The notes beneath the pieces were generated by a model. That model searched no databases, was not told where the DNA came from, and saw nothing but the letters and a program-made list of their open reading frames with translations. DNA of 63,342 nucleotides, counting the filler, from Octopus bimaculoides (taxonomy: Eukaryota), in assembly GCF_001194135.2 (NCBI RefSeq). It is 8 parts of 7 records of this genome, joined end to end, with 100 filler letters (N's around TTAATTAATTAA, not from the genome) between each part and the next. Parts side by side here need not be neighbours in the genome. Positions count along the whole stretch, not along the records: positions 60,267 to 63,342 come from NC_069003.1; 7 more parts are not named here. One strand, 5' to 3'. A program made the translations under genes and the position numbers. Positions 62,213-63,342 of the stretch are shown here, in pieces; position 1 is the stretch's first letter, and each line of letters begins with the position of its first letter.

Positions 62213-63016
62213 AATAATAATGGAATACAGTATATTACTGGTATATAGTTTATCGATATTTAAGAAGCTGCCATTCAGTATCCTGGCTGTCAACTAGAAC
62301 TACCTTTAAATATTGTGACTGTTTTTCCTAGGATTATACGGGGTAAATTTACATTAAGGACTGGAAGCCTGGAATGTACAATTTCCTGTAATTCAGGTCA
62401 CCTCATGGTCTCAGCAGACAAAATGGAAAAGGCGTTGCCTCGGAGGATTGTAAGGGAGATGCGCTAGAATAGCCACTCTGACTAACAGGGGTCGCATTTG
62501 CGAGCTTCTGAAGACATGAAAGAGCGAAGTCGAATCGTCATGTAAATCGAACGTGGAACAGAGAAGAAAGAAATTGAACGAGAAAACAAAAACAAATCTT
62601 GTCCATCTTGAATGAATTGTTTATAAGAATATTATTTATATATTTAGATTTCCTTTAATTAATTTCTCTATGCTCTAATTAATTTATAATCTCGCTTAAT
62701 GAATTATTAAAATAGTGTTCTATTGAGTATCACGTACAATTTCCAATCCTGAATCCTTTTAAGAAAGGTATTATTTATGCAAACAAATTGAAATGACTTC
62801 CGCCGGAAATTAAAATTCGTTAGGTTTTTTTTTTTCATGTATTTTTCTTTAGCCCTAGGACACATAAGGCTGGTAACCCGGTTTTCATGGTGTAAAAACG
62901 ATCGAGATTACAGCATTACCCTGAACGGAACACCAGTCTGTTGCAGGGTTTAAAGCCAGCAATTTTTGAGAGGAGGGTACAAGTAGTTTATATTGATCCT
63001 AGTACTTGACTGGTAC

Positions 63017-63078
<62 letters not shown>

Positions 63079-63100
63079 CATTATTATTATTATTATTATT

Positions 63101-63257
63101 GTTCAGTAGTTTTATTTTTATAACGTGCTTTCACTTCACTACCGAGCGCAGCTCTGTGTGCCTTGGGTATGTGCTGTGGTTTGATGTGATGCTCTTATGG
63201 TTACTGTATTGAAAGTGCTTTGCGTAGGATGTGTGCAGTGCCCAGTAGTGCAATTTT
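63101..63257 (-). mobile_element. Very short (157 bp) 5'-truncated Dong/R4 copy inside (ATT)n
   Basis: Same 3' end GTTCAGTAGTTTT as 16447 and 30731; long (ATT)n on both sides (63018-63100, 63258-63342). Confidence 0.9.
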
Positions 63258-63273
63258 ATTATTATTATTATTA

Positions 63274-63342
<69 letters not shown>

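Overview
Eukaryotic, AT-rich DNA saturated with microsatellites and transposons. The SINE/LINE families make an octopod cephalopod the most likely source (inference, not checked by search). The window is not one contiguous locus: seven identical 100-bp spacers (N44-TTAATTAATTAA-N44) split it into eight joined segments. Host genes: (i) three phase-compatible minus-strand exons (7015-6796, 3451-3229, 380-<1) of a large basic, beta-strand-rich protein, tentatively a large lipid-transfer/apolipophorin-like protein; (ii) one plus-strand exon (23987-24092) carrying the catalytic Cys of UBE2T/FANCT. Mobile DNA: Helitron fragments, Penelope-like (GIY-YIG) elements, a head-to-tail stack plus scattered 5'-truncated copies of R4/Dong LINEs sitting in (AAT)n tracts, RTE and CR1/L2 3' ends, several tRNA-derived SINE families (three copies with clean TSDs), and piggyBac-, hAT-, mariner- and Helentron-type non-autonomous elements. 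Most notable: a tRNA-head + (AAT)n + minimal hammerhead-ribozyme element present as a head-to-head inverted dimer at 30553-31425, whose (AAT)n linker was itself invaded by a Dong LINE; eight hammerhead-like motifs across the window; and an unexplained gap-free 125-bp-arm hairpin at 29090-29356. All alignments and translations were done by eye. No searches or folding programs were run, and many element boundaries are approximate.
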